Assembly: GCA_944376065.1 (NCBI GenBank)
Contig: CALWBL010000008.1
Location: forward strand, 8,418 to 72,417
From: an uncultured Butyricicoccus sp.
GTDB lineage: Bacteria > Bacillota > Clostridia > Oscillospirales > Butyricicoccaceae
Direction: 5' to 3'
Length of the DNA: 64,000 nt
A program made the translations under genes and the position numbers. Positions 61,199 to 64,000 of this stretch are shown here, piece by piece (position 1 is the first letter of the stretch; the number at the start of each line of letters is the position of its first letter). The notes under the pieces were generated by a model. The model was not told where the DNA came from. It did no database searches and saw nothing but the letters and a program-made list of their open reading frames with translations.

Positions 61199-62269
61199 AT
61201 GAGCACATCAAATACGCTAAAAAGAAAAAGAAGTTCTTTTTACTTTTTTTCAAGCGATGTCGGCATAGACCTTGGCACTGCATCGGTGCTGGTTTATGTG
61301 CGAGGAAAAGGTATAGTTTTAAATGAACCATCTGTTGTTGCGGTTGATAAAACCACAGGTAAAATCCTTTCAGTAGGTGATGAGGCGGAAAAAATGCTTG
61401 GGCGCACTCCAGGTAATATTATCGCTATTCGTCCGCTGCGTGAGGGCGTTATTTCTGACTATGAAATGACCGAACGTATGATTAAGGAGTTTATACGCAA
61501 AGTGCTTGGTATGCGTTTATTTAAGCCCAATGTTGTAATGTGTGTACCATCAATAATAACTGAGGTTGAAGAACGTGCAGTTATTGATGCAGGTACACAA
61601 GCAGGTGCAAAGCGTGTATTTTTGGTTGAAGAACCAGTTGCAGCAGCTATTGGTGCTGGCATAGATATTTCAAAGGCTAATGGCAATATGATAGTTGATA
61701 TTGGTGGTGGCACTACAGATATCGCTGTAATTTCGTTGGGTGGCATTGTAGAGTCAACATCTATTAAAATTGCAGGCGATAAATTCGATGAGGCAATTAT
61801 TAAATATATTCGCAGAAAGCATAACGTGCTTATTGGCGACCGCACTGCTGAAGCTATTAAAAGAGAGATTGGATGCGTTTATCCACGTCCCGAAGAAATC
61901 TCAATGGAAATTAAAGGTCGTTGCCTGATGACAGGTCTCCCACGCACATTCACAGTAGAATCACATGAAATTATGGGGGCATTTGATGAGGTTTCTTCAA
62001 CTATTGTTGAGGCTATTCATGGTGTGCTTGAGCGTACTCCTCCAGAGCTTACTGGTGATATATCCACAAATGGTATTGTTATGACCGGTGGCGGTGCGTT
62101 AATTTGGGGTTTTGATAAGCTAATCGCAGCTAAAACAGGTATCCCAACACGTGTTGCAGATGATGCAATCTCATGTGTAGCCCTTGGCACTGGAAACTGT
62201 CTTGAAAACCTTGATAAAATGCAGGATGGTACTATGAATCTATCCCGTAGACGTCAAATGATGAACTAA
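61199..62269 (+). CDS. MreB/Mbl-family rod shape-determining actin homolog
   Basis: GIDLGTAS, EPSVVA, RPLREGVI, VDIGGGTTD and MTGGGAL. Not followed by mreC/mreD, so Mbl-like. Confidence 0.92.
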   Translation: MSTSNTLKRKRSSFYFFSSDVGIDLGTASVLVYVRGKGIVLNEPSVVAVDKTTGKILSVGDEAEKMLGRTPGNIIAIRPLREGVISDYEMTERMIKEFIRKVLGMRLFKPNVVMCVPSIITEVEERAVIDAGTQAGAKRVFLVEEPVAAAIGAGIDISKANGNMIVDIGGGTTDIAVISLGGIVESTSIKIAGDKFDEAIIKYIRRKHNVLIGDRTAEAIKREIGCVYPRPEEISMEIKGRCLMTGLPRTFTVESHEIMGAFDEVSSTIVEAIHGVLERTPPELTGDISTNGIVMTGGGALIWGFDKLIAAKTGIPTRVADDAISCVALGTGNCLENLDKMQDGTMNLSRRRQMMN

Positions 62270-62278
62270 AAATAATTA

Positions 62279-62309
62279 AGCACACTGAATTTGCTCAGTG
62301 TGCTATTTT
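62279..62309. terminator. Bidirectional terminator
   Basis: AGCACACTGA / TCAGTGTGCT between convergent genes. Confidence 0.75.
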
Positions 62310-62313
62310 ATGC

Positions 62314-63612
62314 TTATTTTAAGAATAATTTAGTTTGATGTTTAACTATTGGCGCTAAAATCCATAAGCCATATAAATTAGGCAGAGCCATAAGTGCAGA
62401 GGCTATGTCGCATAAAACAAGCAAATCAGCAAGTGGAAAGAGACTGGAGAAAGCAACAGAAACTGCAATTAGAATAGGATAGAATGCATGAATGATACGT
62501 TTTACTTTAAGCCATCTAAGGCAGGCAAGGCCATAAAAGCTCCAACCAAGTACGGTTGATACAGCTAGAAAGATAACTATTATTGATATAAAATTCGCAG
62601 CAACATATCCAAAAAGCGAAGAAAAAGCAAAACTTGTCATAGAAAGTCCATAAAAACCACTTTGTTCTGCATCTGTCACAAGTATTACAAGTGATGTCAT
62701 TAGACAAACAACAAATGTATCAATGAAAACTTCAACAGCTCCTAGCATACCCTCCTCACAAGGTTTAGCACCAACAGTGCAGCCATGTGCAATTGGTGCG
62801 GAACCCATACCAGCCTCATTAGAGAACACACCCTTAGAAAAGCCATCTGATATTGCTCTGCTTGTTAAGAAACCTATTAAACCTCCACCTGCTGCAAGCG
62901 GCTCAGTTATACCATGAAATATTTTTAAAAATGCATTTGGAATATTATCTTTATGAATTATAAGAACTATCAAACCAGCTAGTAGATAAGAAACAGTCAT
63001 AAATGGAACTATTATAGAAGAAACTTTTGCAATTCTTTGTGAACCACCATATAATATAGGTAAAAGTAAAACACCTGTTATAATGCCAATGGTTACATGA
63101 GAAATGGGCAATACATTGCCTACAGCTTCAGCTATTGCACTCCCTTGAGCAGCCGCACCTGTGCCTATTGCTGAAATCACACAAAATATAGCAAAAAATT
63201 TAGCTAGTATAGGTAAATCTGCCCCTTTTGACAGATAGACCATAGGTCCACCAAGCGGACTTGCCTCTTTTGTTTGATAATATACGGCAAGAAGTAATTC
63301 AGAGTATTTTGTAGCCATGCCAAAAAACGCTGCAAGCAACATAAAAAATACCGCACCTGCACCACCTAGTTGAATAGCAATAGCAACTCCTGCAAGGTTT
63401 CCAACTCCAAGTGTACCACCAAGAGATGTGCAGAGTGCTTGCCATGGTGAAATTCCGGTTTCACCATTTTTATTATTAAATTTAAGTAATTTTGGTAGAC
63501 ACCAAAACTGTACAAGCCTAGATGAATATGTTAAATATATACCCGTAAGCAAAATAATAAGAATTGTAAATGGTCCCCAAAGGGTATAACGAATACTGTT
63601 AAGTAAAGTCAT
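62314..63612 (-). CDS. Alanine/glycine:cation symporter (AGCS family)
   Basis: GTLGVGNLAGVA.AI..GG.GAVF, GGPM.YL, FSNEAGMGSAPIAH and MALPNL. Confidence 0.9.
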   Translation of the reverse strand: MTLLNSIRYTLWGPFTILIILLTGIYLTYSSRLVQFWCLPKLLKFNNKNGETGISPWQALCTSLGGTLGVGNLAGVAIAIQLGGAGAVFFMLLAAFFGMATKYSELLLAVYYQTKEASPLGGPMVYLSKGADLPILAKFFAIFCVISAIGTGAAAQGSAIAEAVGNVLPISHVTIGIITGVLLLPILYGGSQRIAKVSSIIVPFMTVSYLLAGLIVLIIHKDNIPNAFLKIFHGITEPLAAGGGLIGFLTSRAISDGFSKGVFSNEAGMGSAPIAHGCTVGAKPCEEGMLGAVEVFIDTFVVCLMTSLVILVTDAEQSGFYGLSMTSFAFSSLFGYVAANFISIIVIFLAVSTVLGWSFYGLACLRWLKVKRIIHAFYPILIAVSVAFSSLFPLADLLVLCDIASALMALPNLYGLWILAPIVKHQTKLFLK

Positions 63613-63681
63613 AAAATTAAAATCCTCCTTAGATTAAACTTATGTTTAAAACGAAGGAGAAAGAACTGAAGAGGAAAATAA

Positions 63682-64000
63682 ATGAAGTATATGAAAGCAG
63701 CACTAAAACTTGCACAAAAGGCAGCAGATGAGGGAGAAGTTCCTGTGGGTGCAGTTGTGGTTTGCGACGGTAAAATAGTGGGTCGTGGCAGAAATCGACG
63801 AGAAACTAAAAAAAATGCAGTTCATCATGCAGAAATGGAGGCAATACAAAAAGCATGCAAAAAACTGGGTGGCTGGCGACTCCATAAATGCGATTTATAT
63901 GTAACGCTTGAGCCTTGTCCAATGTGTACAGGCGCCATTATAAATGCACGAATTAAAAATTTATATTATGGTGCAAAAGACGAAAAAGCGGGTTCTTGTG
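63682..64000 (+). CDS. tadA: tRNA adenosine(34) deaminase (3' end runs off the window)
   Basis: Not in the ORF track. My translation: MKYMKAALKLAQKAADEGEVPVGAV...HAEMEAI...LYVTLEPCPMC.GA, carrying the HAE and PCxxC deaminase motifs. Confidence 0.92.
   Translation, partial: MKYMKAALKLAQKAADEGEVPVGAVVVCDGKIVGRGRNRRETKKNAVHHAEMEAIQKACKKLGGWRLHKCDLYVTLEPCPMCTGAIINARIKNLYYGAKDEKAGSC

Noticed and set aside
63613-63681. Glycine riboswitch upstream of the alanine/glycine symporter
   Set aside because: The divergent gap to tadA is ~70 nt, AT-rich, and too short for the aptamer.

Overview
A 64 kb core-genome window from a low-GC, spore-forming Firmicute. Gene content and protein style suggest Clostridia/Oscillospirales; this taxonomy is an inference. 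Main blocks, in order: cell-wall and translation housekeeping genes (ddl, murI, argS, an S41 protease, prmA, rsmE); a tRNA-Met/Glu/Val cluster; spoIIE; a dusB-ECF sigma/anti-sigma unit; the S10-spc-alpha ribosomal protein cluster (rpsJ to rplQ, with rpsD inside the alpha operon); the rimP-nusA-infB-rbfA-truB-ribF operon; pgk-tpiA-gpmI-eno (no gap); xth; yebC; tRNA-Pro; recD2-comF-mreB-like; and a partial tadA. I found no transposase, prophage or CRISPR array. The most unusual feature is non-coding. The spc operon is broken between rpsZ (S14) and rpsH (S8) by a ~490 nt insert. It contains a terminator, a promoter, a ~260 nt rod-like RNA with a 6S-like fold, a second terminator overlapped by a second promoter, and a leader whose core (AAGUG...CAAACUU) resembles the S8-binding site of 16S helix 21. 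Other candidates are an H-type pseudoknot before rpsM, a catalytically degenerate MetH-like protein upstream of prmA, and an unannotated 54-aa ORF behind a sigma-G-like promoter. All folds and motif matches were made by eye and need computational or experimental confirmation.
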